From assembly GCA_965202585.1 (NCBI GenBank), contig OZ241831.1:26846001-26910000 (forward strand): a stretch of 64,000 nt of DNA, in the 5' to 3' direction. The stretch comes from Thalia democratica (Eukaryota). Position 1 is the first letter of the stretch; each line of letters starts with the position of its first letter. The position numbers and the translations under genes are program-made. Under the pieces are notes generated by a model. It was not told where the DNA came from. It was given only the letters and a program-made list of their open reading frames with translations, and ran no database searches. This document shows, piece by piece, positions 24,549 through 36,429 of this stretch.

Positions 24549-27182
24549 TCATCTATTTTTTTTCTTCTTATTTACTAATGCTTTTTTATCTTTTTTTATT
24601 ATGATTGATCCTGCTTTAGAATCTTCTTTGACATGTGGAAGTTCGTCAGGGTGAGCAGAAGCTTTGTTTTGGTTAGGGCTAGTAGGTTGATCTTTTACTC
24701 CAGGGTTTGAAGTTATTGAAAAATCACCATCATCTACTTTTTTGTACAAACTAAGTAAACTACTATTAAGTTGTGTTTCATTTAAAACATTTTCTTCTAG
24801 CTTTTTATCGTATATTTTTTTCTCATCTAATTTTCTATAAGATAGCACCTTTTCTTTTAAAGTTTGTAGATTATCCCAACGTGGAAAAAATATTTCTTCG
24901 AAAAAAAAATTTAGTTTACTACACCATTCTTTAAAACTTTGTTGTTCAGGTGAAAGTTCAACTAACTCATTTGATTTATCAGACTCATTGACATCTTTAA
25001 CAGTAACATTTTCAATTTCTTCATTTAAGAAGTGTTCAGATAGAGTCTGTAAGAACTCACCAGTTCCACAAGTAGGCGCTGCTCCTAAATGAGCTTCAAA
25101 ATTGCTTTGTGTATTTTGATTACTTCCTATCGAATTCTGTTCAAAATTATCTACAGAAGATTTTTCAGTTTTATTGTCTATTTGTTTTGAACAATTCAGA
25201 TCTACTTTTGATGGTATATTTAAATATTCGTTTGCACAACCAATTAAGGCTTCAAAAAACTCTAAAAATGTTATTTCCATGTCAAAACTAAAACTATTTT
25301 CACTTACTATAGTAGAGTCATCAGCTGACAAAACTTTTATAATTGTATCAATGGTTAATTGTTTACCAACAATTTTTAGGTCTTTAAACAAATAAAGAAA
25401 TTGTCTTAGAGTAACAAAGTGATCATACGGAGACTTAGATCTTTTTTTACATAGACAGTGGTAAATTTTCCAAGACTTTTCCATATAACTAAATCCTACT
25501 ACTGCATATTGCGGATCAAACAAAAAGTTTCCATTTATTTTGCATGCATTCTTAAATACATAATCACACAATATTTTACTAAAGCAAGATGAAAATTCAG
25601 ACATCTTGTCTACTTTACATACACTAGCATTTGTATTTTTAAATATCATGTAACACAAAATTACTACATTGTTTAAAAATTCACGAAGTAAAATTTTTTC
25701 CATTGGATTATGAATATCTGTATTGTTGCTGTTATGTGAAAGAAGACAATCCATACTAATAAGCGAAAACAGTTGATGATGAATTTTACAATCTTTTACA
25801 AAACGCCAAAACTGCAGCTTTGTCATAACAAAGGTATTGTCAAGAGACCCATCATGTCCTAGACCGCTGTAAAAACTATAAACCCTTCTAAGAACAGACA
25901 CATTTCTCAAAACTAAGTAAGACAATTGCTGAACAACATCATTGTGTTCGTCTTGTTTAAAGTCTTTTAAAACAAAAGTAAGATCAAGTGAAACTCCTTG
26001 TCCAAACATACTTTTGTTTAAAACTTCTAAATTCAAGCATGTGTTTTCATTTGCAAGTGGAGTTCTTGCTCTAACTCCGGCTGAGTCTGGTGAAACTGTT
26101 CCATCTGCAGCATATTCAGGATGATCTACCATGTGATCATTCTCAAACAGACCTTCAAAAACTCTTCCATTTTTGAAAATAAACTTACCCCAACCTTGTT
26201 TTTTGTTTCTATACCAGTTTCCACTGTAAACAGCACCACTGGCAAAATAAAACTTACCATCTCCTTGTCTAAAACTGTTACAAAATTCTCCAATGTACTC
26301 ATTTCTCATCAAATATTGAGTACCAGGTACTCTTTGCAGAAACCAGGTATGCGAACCAAAACCATGCTGAATTCCATCTTTCCACATACCAGAATACGTT
26401 TCATTAGATGTTATCCAACGCATAGTTCCTTCTCCATGACGCTTATCATGCATCCACTCGCCTTCATACTCATTTCCACTCTTATACCTTCGTATTCCCC
26501 AACCTTGACGAACATTATCAACCCAGTCACCTTTGTACCAGGAATCATCACTAAAGTTCATAATAGCTTTACCATGTCTACTTCCATTTTTCCATTCACC
26601 TGAATATGAAATACCATGGCTTGTTTTAAAAATACCAACACCATGCCTAATACCATCAACTACATCACCTTCATAAAAACTATCATCAGCCCATTGGTAA
26701 CGCCCATACCCTTTTATTTTGTTACAAACAAAGTCACCTTCAAACTGAGTACCATTAGTCCACTTATACAAGCCTCTGCCATGCATAACACCATTAGAGA
26801 AAGTACCTTCATAAGTATTTCCATCAATAAAAACAGCCTTTCCATAACCACTAAACTCATCCATAACACCACGCTCTCCATCATAACTTGCAATTATAGT
26901 ACAAGCAAGATGTGGTGGAGATTCTGAGAAGTATGATGGTATATGCTTTGATACTTCTTCCTCTGCTAGTTCATCACACCTGTTAAGATCTGATATTTGC
27001 TCAAGTTCTGTAATTGCAGCGTCAGCAGCTGTATTATTTGATTCTAACTCTATGCGATCTTCTTCACTTACCACATAGTTTTTTTGAGGTTTGTTTGCAT
27101 CATTTACATCTTTATTTTTAGTACTAACATTTGCCTTTGAAACTGTTTTTTTAGACAAGCCCTTTCTATTTCCTTTTGTCAT
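24549..27182 (-). CDS. RSPH10B: Radial spoke head 10 homolog B (MORN-repeat ciliary protein), 877 aa, intronless CDS
   Basis: About 10 MORN repeats (YEG.W...RHG.G), including the RSPH10B-typical FLQRVPGTQYLMRNEYIGEF, then the conserved C-terminal block (FVMTKLQFWRF..DC, EITFLEFFEALIGCA). First ATG is at 27182; the track's 27188 start is TTG. Confidence 0.93.
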   Translation of the reverse strand: MTKGNRKGLSKKTVSKANVSTKNKDVNDANKPQKNYVVSEEDRIELESNNTAADAAITELEQISDLNRCDELAEEEVSKHIPSYFSESPPHLACTIIASYDGERGVMDEFSGYGKAVFIDGNTYEGTFSNGVMHGRGLYKWTNGTQFEGDFVCNKIKGYGRYQWADDSFYEGDVVDGIRHGVGIFKTSHGISYSGEWKNGSRHGKAIMNFSDDSWYKGDWVDNVRQGWGIRRYKSGNEYEGEWMHDKRHGEGTMRWITSNETYSGMWKDGIQHGFGSHTWFLQRVPGTQYLMRNEYIGEFCNSFRQGDGKFYFASGAVYSGNWYRNKKQGWGKFIFKNGRVFEGLFENDHMVDHPEYAADGTVSPDSAGVRARTPLANENTCLNLEVLNKSMFGQGVSLDLTFVLKDFKQDEHNDVVQQLSYLVLRNVSVLRRVYSFYSGLGHDGSLDNTFVMTKLQFWRFVKDCKIHHQLFSLISMDCLLSHNSNNTDIHNPMEKILLREFLNNVVILCYMIFKNTNASVCKVDKMSEFSSCFSKILCDYVFKNACKINGNFLFDPQYAVVGFSYMEKSWKIYHCLCKKRSKSPYDHFVTLRQFLYLFKDLKIVGKQLTIDTIIKVLSADDSTIVSENSFSFDMEITFLEFFEALIGCANEYLNIPSKVDLNCSKQIDNKTEKSSVDNFEQNSIGSNQNTQSNFEAHLGAAPTCGTGEFLQTLSEHFLNEEIENVTVKDVNESDKSNELVELSPEQQSFKEWCSKLNFFFEEIFFPRWDNLQTLKEKVLSYRKLDEKKIYDKKLEENVLNETQLNSSLLSLYKKVDDGDFSITSNPGVKDQPTSPNQNKASAHPDELPHVKEDSKAGSIIIKKDKKALVNKKKKNR

Positions 27183-27582
27183 CTTCAATAGATGACAACT
27201 ACCTTAGAAACTACATAAACTTACTTGAAAAACCTAAAAAATTTCAGTAAAGTTAAAAATAAATAGGCAAGAAGGTTTTAAAACTAAGTTAGTAAGGTAG
27301 TTTTATTAATTATTTTATTTCCTAGTAGGTAGGTCTTTAAGTTTGCAACTTACTATTATCAAATTTTAATTTTTTTTTTAGATTATTTACTTTTGCTTGT
27401 TTTTAAAATATTTTCCAGATGTGTGCTGTAGTTTTATCTGTGTTGTATTTGCATGTATACAACACTTTACTTAGTAAGAAAAATTATGTTTAGTTAAACA
27501 TATAGTAGAAAAATTAATGCCTTATATTAAATATTATATGACTAAACTACTAAAGTAAAAATATTATAACAATAAATCTAGT

Positions 27583-27601
27583 ATATATATATATATATAT
27601 A
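27583..27601. repeat. (TA)n microsatellite
   Basis: Run of TA dinucleotides seen directly. Confidence 0.8.
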
Positions 27602-27840
27602 AAGTAAGGTATTAATGTTGAATAAGAGCAAGTAGAGTCTGATAAAGAATACTAAGGGCAAAGGTAAAACCTCTTTATTTTTTACAAAAATTAACATTGG
27701 TTCCTAAAATCTTATTTATTTTATATCACATATAATACTTTTATTTAATTATTGAGATACAATCATTTTTGTAAAAATTTCATAATTTTTTTTTAAATTT
27801 AAATTAATTAAATTTCTTTTAAAGTATCTATAATTTTTTG

Positions 27841-28146
27841 CGAGGTAGCCACTCTTGAATAAAAAATTGTACTGAGTAACCTGAGTTTTTTTCCATCTGG
27901 ATTTTTTTTTTAACTTTTCAAAAATAAAAAACAATTTTTTTAACAAAATTGATTAAAAAAAAACTAAACATTGAAAAAAAAATAACTAAATCTCATTTAA
28001 AATATAGCAAAATATGTCCTGAGATTATTAAAAATTTTAAAACTATCCTGAGTTTTTCATAATAAAACAAAAGTATCCTGAGTCAGCCTGAGTTTAAAAA
28101 TAAGATTTTAAAAATTGTGAGTTATCCTGAGTGTGAGGCAACCTTG
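27841..28146. mobile_element. Probable non-autonomous TIR element with repeated CCTGAG subterminal motifs
   Basis: Left end CGAGGTAGCCACTC versus reverse-complemented right end CAAGGTTGCCTCACACTC. About six (AT)CCTGAG(T) motifs inside. No TSD seen. Confidence 0.4.
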
Positions 28147-29699
28147 TTTTAGAGCTAGAGACCTCAAATTTTTATGAATATTCCTTAAATACTTTAGATA
28201 CTACAAGTTGGAATTTTTAAAATATTGAAAACAAAAGTTTTACACAAAAAAGAAAGAGTAGTTTTTAAAAAAGTTAAAATACTTTTTATTCAAAAAAAAA
28301 AAGTGTTTAGAGTAAATGTTTTAAATATTAGTAAAAGATTAACTATAAATTAAAAAAAAAAGATTGGTTAAAAAATAAAATAATAAAAAGATTTATTTTC
28401 AGTAAAATAAACTTTTTAGCCTTCAATAAGGAATTTATAGAACTCATTGATAGAATATATATTTATAGAATTTAAAAGCTAATTTTGATTTTTGTTCCTA
28501 TAAAAATTTCAAAAAAAAACGTAGGGAAAAACATGGAACAATATCAAAAATGCTAGATGGTGTTAGAGAATTACTGTTCATACTTTTCTTTGAGGGCATA
28601 GGGGGCTTTAAAACTTAATAAAATAAGACTAAATTGTGAAAAAGGTGATTTAAATGCTTTTAAGAGCTAGTTTTTTAAAACTTTTTCTTTAAACTAAATA
28701 AATCAAAATTTAAAAAAATAAGTTATTTTCAAATTTAAAGCATGCTTTATCCCTAAACACAAACAATATTTAATTAATGTTCTAAGATAAAAATTACTTA
28801 GTAATCAAAAAATTAGCACTTTTTACATCTTAAATATTAAACCTTTTGTGCTTTATTTCTTTTACAAAAAATAAAATGAAAACCAACAAAAATCTAAATA
28901 AAAATGCTGTGTAATATCCTGCTAAATTCTTTACAATTTTACTCAACTTTTTTTAAAGCTACAACTCAAAATATAGATAAAGTTTATCAAACAAAAATGA
29001 TATCAATTATATTATTACTAACATTTTAATGACTCAGCAAAAAAGAAAAGTAAAATTTAGGGATTTTTAGGATTATGCCAAAATCTAGGGAATTCTAAGG
29101 AAATCTAGGAAGTAGGAACCCTGTATTTATAAGCCTTTTATCTCATGTACCAATATTATTTACTGATTGATTAGCTTTAGAAGGATAAAAAAATATTTTT
29201 GGAACTTAACTAACTCAATTATATTTAAGTTATTTTAATATCAATAAAAACAATTAATTGGTGAGTTTAACAAACCCTGTATCAAAATTCAAACAAAATA
29301 ATTTTTTTAAATATAATTCCTTGATCTTCCTACGGCCTTTAAAAGATACACCTAAAACTTAAAATAACTACTAACCTTTGTTGTGAGTATAAATGCTTAA
29401 GATGATAAATAAACTTATTTTTCTGTTTTATTTGATAAGAATTTATGTAAATTGACTGTAGTATTTTTTATTATTGTTGTAGTAAAAATATTTCATTTAC
29501 TTTAATTTGGTGGCCACTGTAATTTTCATTAAAAGAAAAATTCTAAAAAACAACAAAAAAAATTGTTTTTTAAAATTTTGGTCATAAAATTTTAATATTG
29601 AAAACTACACTTCCTAAAAAATTTGAACTAAATTGCTAAAATATGAAGGAGATGGATTGTTAGTAAATTTTTTTTAAATAGTTATTAAACAGTTTTTAA

Positions 29700-30110
29700 G
29701 ATAGTTTTTAAATTATTATGTATTTATTATTGTAATAGCTTATTGCAGTTTTACAACTGATTCTGGGTTCACTCTGGTGACAGTGATCACATAGTTTGAG
29801 TGTTTTGATTTTTTTTTTTGAAGCTCTGGTGAACACTTGCTTGGGGATTTGAGCATCATAATTATTCTACAGTTTTTAGTGTTGAAATTATAGTTATGTG
29901 AGTGTTCTTTAAATGACCTGTCACCAAGGTTTTTTTTAAATTGGTTTGAAATTGTATATTACTTTTATTTGGGATAACTAAAAGTTAAATATTAATGGGA
30001 TAGGTAAATTTGCATATGATGTAAGACACTAACTATTACCCAGAAATGTTTATTGTTGCAAAAAGCAGAGTAACTGTTGTTTCTTACCATGGAAAATAAA
30101 GTTTTCAAAG
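29700..30110 (-). mobile_element. Second copy of the degenerate LINE-like dispersed repeat
   Basis: Homologous to 3760-4140 (see that feature). Confidence 0.5.
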
Positions 30111-31689
30111 TACAAGTTTATTTGTTTCTTTTCAGTAGAAAAATAAATTTAAGGTTAATTAATGTTTTCAAATTACTGAAAAGATAACTTAAAATTACCA
30201 TTTTAAATGTGTTTAGTAAAAAATAAGCTTTTAAATAGCATTGAACTTTTTTTGTGTATTTTATCTAATCATAAATTCACTGTTTTACATGGAAATTGAT
30301 AAAATTTCAGGTTTTTCTGACTTTTCAATAAACATCAAGTTCAAAGTTTCTAAGTTTCTTACTGTTAATATTAAAACCTAACTTTTGCAGGAAAAAATAA
30401 AATAAAAATGTCTAGCCTACAAAAGATAAATACATCATTATTCACAAATTATATTTTGAAATGTTATGAATTTTTCTAAATTATAACAATAAAGCTTAAT
30501 TATCAAAAAAAATTGTGAGAATGCTTCTAGCATAGAAGTTTTAGGTACTCAAAAGATAAGTATAATTTATTTGGAAATATTTCTCAAGTAGATTTATTTA
30601 AAGGTAAGTTTGATTTTAAGTTTAAATATGTAAAAAGCCTACAGTTTCCAAGTGTGTATCTATGATTGAAAATGGCTTTTTAAAAGCAATACAATTTACA
30701 AGGACAAAGTCAAGGTTAATAAAAAAATCGAAAATAAACTGGTTACCAATCTGAAAAAATAGGTTATGTAAACAATAAAATAACAACGATGAGCAATTTA
30801 AAAAACTCTTGATATAGTTATGAAAAAATACCTGAGTTTTATTCGTATTTGACCTGTATAGACTTAGTAAGAGAAGAAGTATAAAAAGCGAGAATGAAAA
30901 ATTTTATAAAACATAATATTGCCTTATATAGATAGACACAGACGTTTTTATCAGTAATATAAATTTCATCAATAACTTTTGAAAACATAATTAAATTAGT
31001 AACAAGCAGAATAAAAGTAAACCGCGTTTTTTTATACACTGTATTAATAAGTTATGATGATGTGAAAACTAAATATTTAAATTATAAAACAAAATTTTGA
31101 ATTATAAATTACTATTAAAGGAACCTTGTTTCTTGATACTGCAAGTAAAACTGTAGTTTGTTTGCTACAGAATGTATTGTAAAATATTTAAATTTTGTTT
31201 TCTACAAAAGTAAACGCTTTATTGAACAAGTTAATTAAATCTTTTGTAAGTTAGCCTACTTCTGTTATATTATAATTTAATTAACTAAAAAGTCTATCTT
31301 TTAAAAATACAAAACGTTGTTGGCACAAGTAAAGTACTAATATTTTGAATTAAAATAAGTAAGCAAGGCACATTTTTGAGCTTGCTTTCTTCGACAAGTC
31401 TTAACTAATGCCTAAATTAATAAAATTTATTAGTTTTCAAATTATTAAAAATAAACCTACAATTAGTCAATGTGTTTTTTTTTTATTAACACAAATTACA
31501 ATTATTTAAAAAAACAACTTTAGAAAATATCTTATTATCAACTATAAGCTTCTAAAAAATATATAAAAACGAACATATAATTATATTCCAAATTTTTAAA
31601 TTTAGATTAAAGTTGTTATCAATTATCTTTTGTTTAAGAAACTTAAAATGTTTATTAATTGTTATAAAGCTACAGTGTCTCGACGTTAA

Positions 31690-31830
31690 AAAAAGGGCCC
31701 TGAATCTAAAATATTCCTCTATTTATGTTAAATTTATTTTGTTTAAGCACTTTTATTCTATTTGAATAAGATTTGTTAAAGCACTGACGAGGTCTTTGAC
31801 CGAAAATTAGTTTGTAAAATAAATTCTTGA
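31690..31830 (+). mobile_element. Penelope-like element 3' end / pseudo-LTR remnant
   Basis: Frame KRALNLKYSSIYVKFILF resembles the C-terminus of Penelope GIY-YIG ORFs (P.LN.Q.SS..L.LF). It is followed by a hammerhead core and AATAAA, the usual layout of Penelope termini. Confidence 0.5.
31781..31815 (+). ncRNA. Hammerhead ribozyme-like core (minimal type I, possibly decayed)
   Basis: CTGACGA (31784-31790), stem II GGTC-TTT-GACC (31791-31801), GAAA (31802-31805). Stems I and III are short or imperfect (GCA/TGT; AATTAGTT is one change from palindromic AACTAGTT). Confidence 0.55.
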
Positions 31831-32872
31831 AAGAATAAATTCATTAAATTTATTTTGTTTTCAAAAACAAAAGTAAGTTCTTTAACACAAAATAGTTTTT
31901 TTATATAGGTTGGTAATTACGAAAAGTTTTTAGTTTAAACAATAAAATAATAAGTTAAATATTAGAAATTTAATAGTACTTTTGTAACCTTTTTAAGTTA
32001 GTTTTAATCAGTTTGTAGTCGTAAAACTATGCAGTTTATCAGTATAGGACCTATATAAATAAAAAAAGTGTAATTCTTATTCATAAAATTAGATAATTAA
32101 ATAAATAATAGCTATCTAAGTTTGTTTTCTTTTTTTTTTATTTGTTATTTTTTTATATATCAATAAGTACAACTTTATAACTTGATTAATGGTTAATTAG
32201 ACATTGACAAAATCGGTAATAAATATAATTTTTTTTTTGCTAACTAAGATATTTTCAAAATGGTATCAAGTTTTGAATAGTAGTTTTTTCTTAAAGTGTT
32301 TTAATTTTTTTTTTAAGTTTTGTTTTTTGAAATAAGTATATATTAGATTAATAAAATTTATCTTTTTAGTTTAAAATATTCTTAAAATTTATTGAAATAG
32401 TTTAATGATATTTTTTTATGTAAAAGTATTTTTATAAGTTTTTAAACAATTGAGCAAACTCTAAAATCTTTGGCTAATTTTTTCCACAAAATATAAACAA
32501 CTAATAAAGTAAGAGGCACATAAACCAAAATAATATAAATAAGCAACAGAGTTATGAAACTAAAAATAACGTAAACAATTATTGAAACAAATTAGTTATT
32601 AAAATACAGTGAAATTTACGGTCAATTCTTAATCAGGACTAATATATACATTTATTTATTAGAAATTTATTTTTCTGAATAAATAAAGCATCAACAAATA
32701 ATTTATTATCATAATAACTACACAACTTAATTATTTCAAAACAACTATAGATGCTTTCAGAATTTTAATAGAAACTAAAACTATCTCTATGTACATAAAA
32801 CTATACTTTTAATTGAAATAATGTGATTAAAACATTTCAATTATTAGTTATATATTAGTTATCAAATTAACC

Positions 32873-33156
32873 CATTGATCGGCAAACTGCGGCTTGCTAG
32901 CATGTTTTTATTTTAAATGGACAAGGCCCGCAAAAGGTAAAACTGCGGCTTAATGCGACCCGCGAGCAAGCAATCTTCTTAAACTGTAACTAGACATTCT
33001 ATGATCAAAAATTAAGAGAAAAAAAAGAGGACTGAGGTACAATTTATGGGAGGTTTGAAAATAAAGGGTGACGTTGTAACCAAAACTACAACTACAACCT
33101 TCAAAGATTTTTGTTTTTTAATTGGCCCGTGACTACCAAATGCCTTTTGACCCCTG
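32873..33156. mobile_element. Degenerate hAT MITE
   Basis: CATTGATCGGCAAACTGCGGC.. / ..TTGGCCCGTG..TGACCCCTG with internal GGCCCGC motifs; TSD not recognisable. Confidence 0.65.
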
Positions 33157-33743
33157 TTTCAACTTATAATGTGTTTAACTTGATATAAAAACCCGTTCAA
33201 TTCACTAAATATTTTAGTTTACTCTGTAATTAAAAAAAAAGAACTTTATAATATAAAATGGTCAAATACGGCCTGTTATGTATACTTTTGCGACTTTTTG
33301 TTTAGTAAAATTGTAGTTTTTGCAAAAAGTGTTTTTTATTTTCTTTTAAGTTCACTAGGTTCGCATTTTTTATAAAAAACTTCAATTTGATCTATACTTT
33401 TATTTTTTCATTATGGTGTATTGTAAATGTCATATCTTTGTTCAGTTACTTAATTGTTTAATGAACTGTTTTAATTATAATGTATTGTTTTTAAAAGTAA
33501 AAAAAAATATTGTCTACAAAGCTGCAATAGCTTCTTGGTTCTTGCTGTTTTTCTAGCAAATCTTTCTTTAAATAATAGACAAACCAGTTTTTCATCGGTG
33601 GTGTTCGAGAGGAACTCTTCCATAAACTGTTGAAATCTTGATAAACTATCCCATTAAAAACAAAAAAACTTTGCATACATGTTCCTAATAAGTTTTTGTA
33701 GACAATGTTATTTGCTTTACTATTAAAAATATAAAACTTAGAT

Positions 33744-34215
33744 CAGGGTTTCCGAATCAGGGGTTCTCGCACCCCTTGGTGGTGCGAAGCAGCATCCCAA
33801 GGGGAGCGAAATAGCTTGTGTATTTTGTTTCATAAATAAGGAGATTTTTCTTTAACTTGGTTGACTGTAAGCCGAAATTTATTTTACTAAACAAAGCACT
33901 ACTATTGGTTTTTAAAGCTAACAAGCAATTCAAATAATTTAAAAACACTTTAATTTTTGCGATGCAGAGGGGAGAGTGAGTTCTTATGTTTTGTACCTTA
34001 GAAAAAAAACTAGTTTGACTGCAGTTTGTTATTTTTTTAATTTACATATATTTAATTTTTATTAATATAGAAATCTATCAAAAAAATGATGTACAAATCT
34101 TCATTGTTTTCTTTCATATTACTCTCAAATAAATCATTGCATTTACTGCAAGGGCTGCGAGATCAAATTAAAACTTTTTAGAGGTGCGGGGCATCAAACA
34201 GGTTGGGAACCACTG
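33744..34215. mobile_element. hAT MITE (second family), 472 bp, 8-bp TSD
   Basis: Ends CAGGGTTTCCGAA.. / ..GGTTGGGAACCACTG. TSD ACTTAGAT (33736-33743) / ACTTATAT (34216-34223), 7/8 match. Confidence 0.85.
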
Positions 34216-36429
34216 ACTTATATTATGAGTGTAAACGATTTTAAAACCTTTGTATTTTTTTTTATAATTACAGTAGTATACAACCTTTTAATGTCAAATG
34301 GAGCACACTTATTGGCATTTGAAGGTGAGTTAGTGTTAATTTGTCAAAAACTTTAAGATTAAGTTTATAGTCTAACTTCTTTATAAATATGGCTTTAGCT
34401 CATTTTCAAGCCATTTACAAACTTTCTATAAAGTTGTATATAACTATTTATTAATATTCTTATAGTTATTTATAACCCAGGTCTTAAAGGGGGCAAAATT
34501 CTTTATGGTTTTATTTAAATCCTTAAATTTACTTTGCTGAGCTGAGCTGCCTTTAAAACTAACTTATAATAGTTGTTTTCATTGACTTTTCTTTCAATAT
34601 GCTTATTTAACAGTCTGTAACTACTCTTTTTTTGTTGTATCATGGTGCTTTTAGATATTTATTAAAATTTTAATAAATTTCAGTGTTTTAACTTTATATA
34701 TGCTTTCTTATATCAAGATCTCTATGTTATTAGAGTTTTCGGTATTCAAAATTACTACTCCATTTCTTTTATTAACTTTAAGCATTTCATGTTTCTATAT
34801 CTAAAAAGGTCTCCTTAAGTCTTACGGATTTTGGTTTTATTGTTGAAATATACCTTTTTTTAAACATACTTACTACTACTCACTAAAGCAGCATTAAAGA
34901 AAGTATATGTTATATGCTAAACAAAAAGTTAAAGTCTTTTTATGTTAAATGTTTTTTTATTTTTAGTTTAATCGAGAAGTTAAATTTAAAATTTTGTTTT
35001 TAAAGGTTACTACTTATTTTTTACTACACTTTTTAAAACTACAGCTACACGCAAAGTTTTTTAAGGTCCTCTGACCTTCAAAGAATTTTTTATAGTAATT
35101 TCTTTCCCTTTCTTTTTTTTTTGCTGATATCTACTTCATAGTGTAGTGTGTTGTTAACGACTTATTTGAAAACTTAGTTTATCAGGACAATCTTTTTGGA
35201 AACTAATTTTCCCCTTACTTTAAAACTAATATACTAAATTTTCAACATGATAGTTCTTCAAACCTGATAGTGTATAAGTTTTAAAAGTTACAAAGTTGAC
35301 TTCTTATACAGTTTTTAAACCAAGTAAAGTTGCAAAGCATAAAAATATATGAAGAAAAGTAGTTTCACTGATTTTTAATGTTTTTTATATTTGTACAGTT
35401 AAGTTTTAAAAGAATACTAAATTTAAATTTTTCCAACCTTTTTTGCTTTACAGTATAAATTTTCAAAAATGGTTATAAAACAACTAAGTACTGTTAAGGC
35501 TACATTGTACTCCAGAGTTTAAATTTGTTGCCATTTCGGACACTAAAAAGAAAACTCTGTGCACTAGATAACTACTTGTACTATCTTACAAAACCTACTA
35601 TATTAACTAAATTGAAATTTTTAGTAAATACTATCTAACAGAAGAAGCTTTTAAAATTAAGAAGATAAAATAACTTTTATAAGTCTTCTATACCCAGCAA
35701 AATAACATGTCTTATACTGTATTGCACATGCATATTTTGAAAAAAATATTACTTCATCACTATAATTTGAAACTAAATCTGTAATCCCGTGAATAAAAAC
35801 AGCAAACAATTAAACGTTTTATATTTGTTAGATGATTTTAAAGCACTTAATTTAAAAAAAGATATTTGAAATCTTTGTTCAATAACTATTTTTATGAGTA
35901 ACTATTATTGATTTTGTTTTACAAGTTTTTTCGTTTTTTTTTTGTTTTATAAATTTATATGATTTTTCAATAAACACAAGTAAAAATTTTAAAAGCTAAT
36001 AAATAATTCAATTATCGATAACAGATAATTAGTTATTTTTTTACAAAACACTAAAAGAACCGTGTGACTTAAAGAAATTATTTATTAAAACTAATAAAAT
36101 CATATTAAACATTATTAAGTAGAATAAAACATAAAACAAGTAAATCTAAATTAAATTAAATTTTCTAGTTTTTTAATTATTTTCATTTTCAATCAATATA
36201 CAAGTTGTTGTAAGAAACTGTCATAACAAAAATTATTCATTGCTTATAACTTAAAACTATCAACTTACATTTAAATTTAAACAATTACGATTACATTACG
36301 TATAATTTATATAGTTAAATTTTGGTACAAAATTTATAAAATGATATAAGCAAATACTATTTACAAGCATTTATAACTATGTCAAAATATTTTCGATTAG
36401 TTTTTTCAATTGCTATCTTTATCAACTAA

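Noticed and set aside
25109-26927. Plus-strand ORFs (25109, 25174, 25942, 26121, 26616) opposite RSPH10B
   Set aside because: Antisense shadows of a real CDS; low-complexity Thr/Ile/Phe-rich translations with no recognisable domain.
30078-30100. RFX X-box-like TTACCATGGAAA for the ciliary gene
   Set aside because: Imperfect, ~3 kb from the ATG and inside a dispersed repeat remnant.
31755-31800. SL RNA gene
   Set aside because: The leader-like 16-mer is followed by AT, not the required GT donor, and no Sm-site/intron part is evident.
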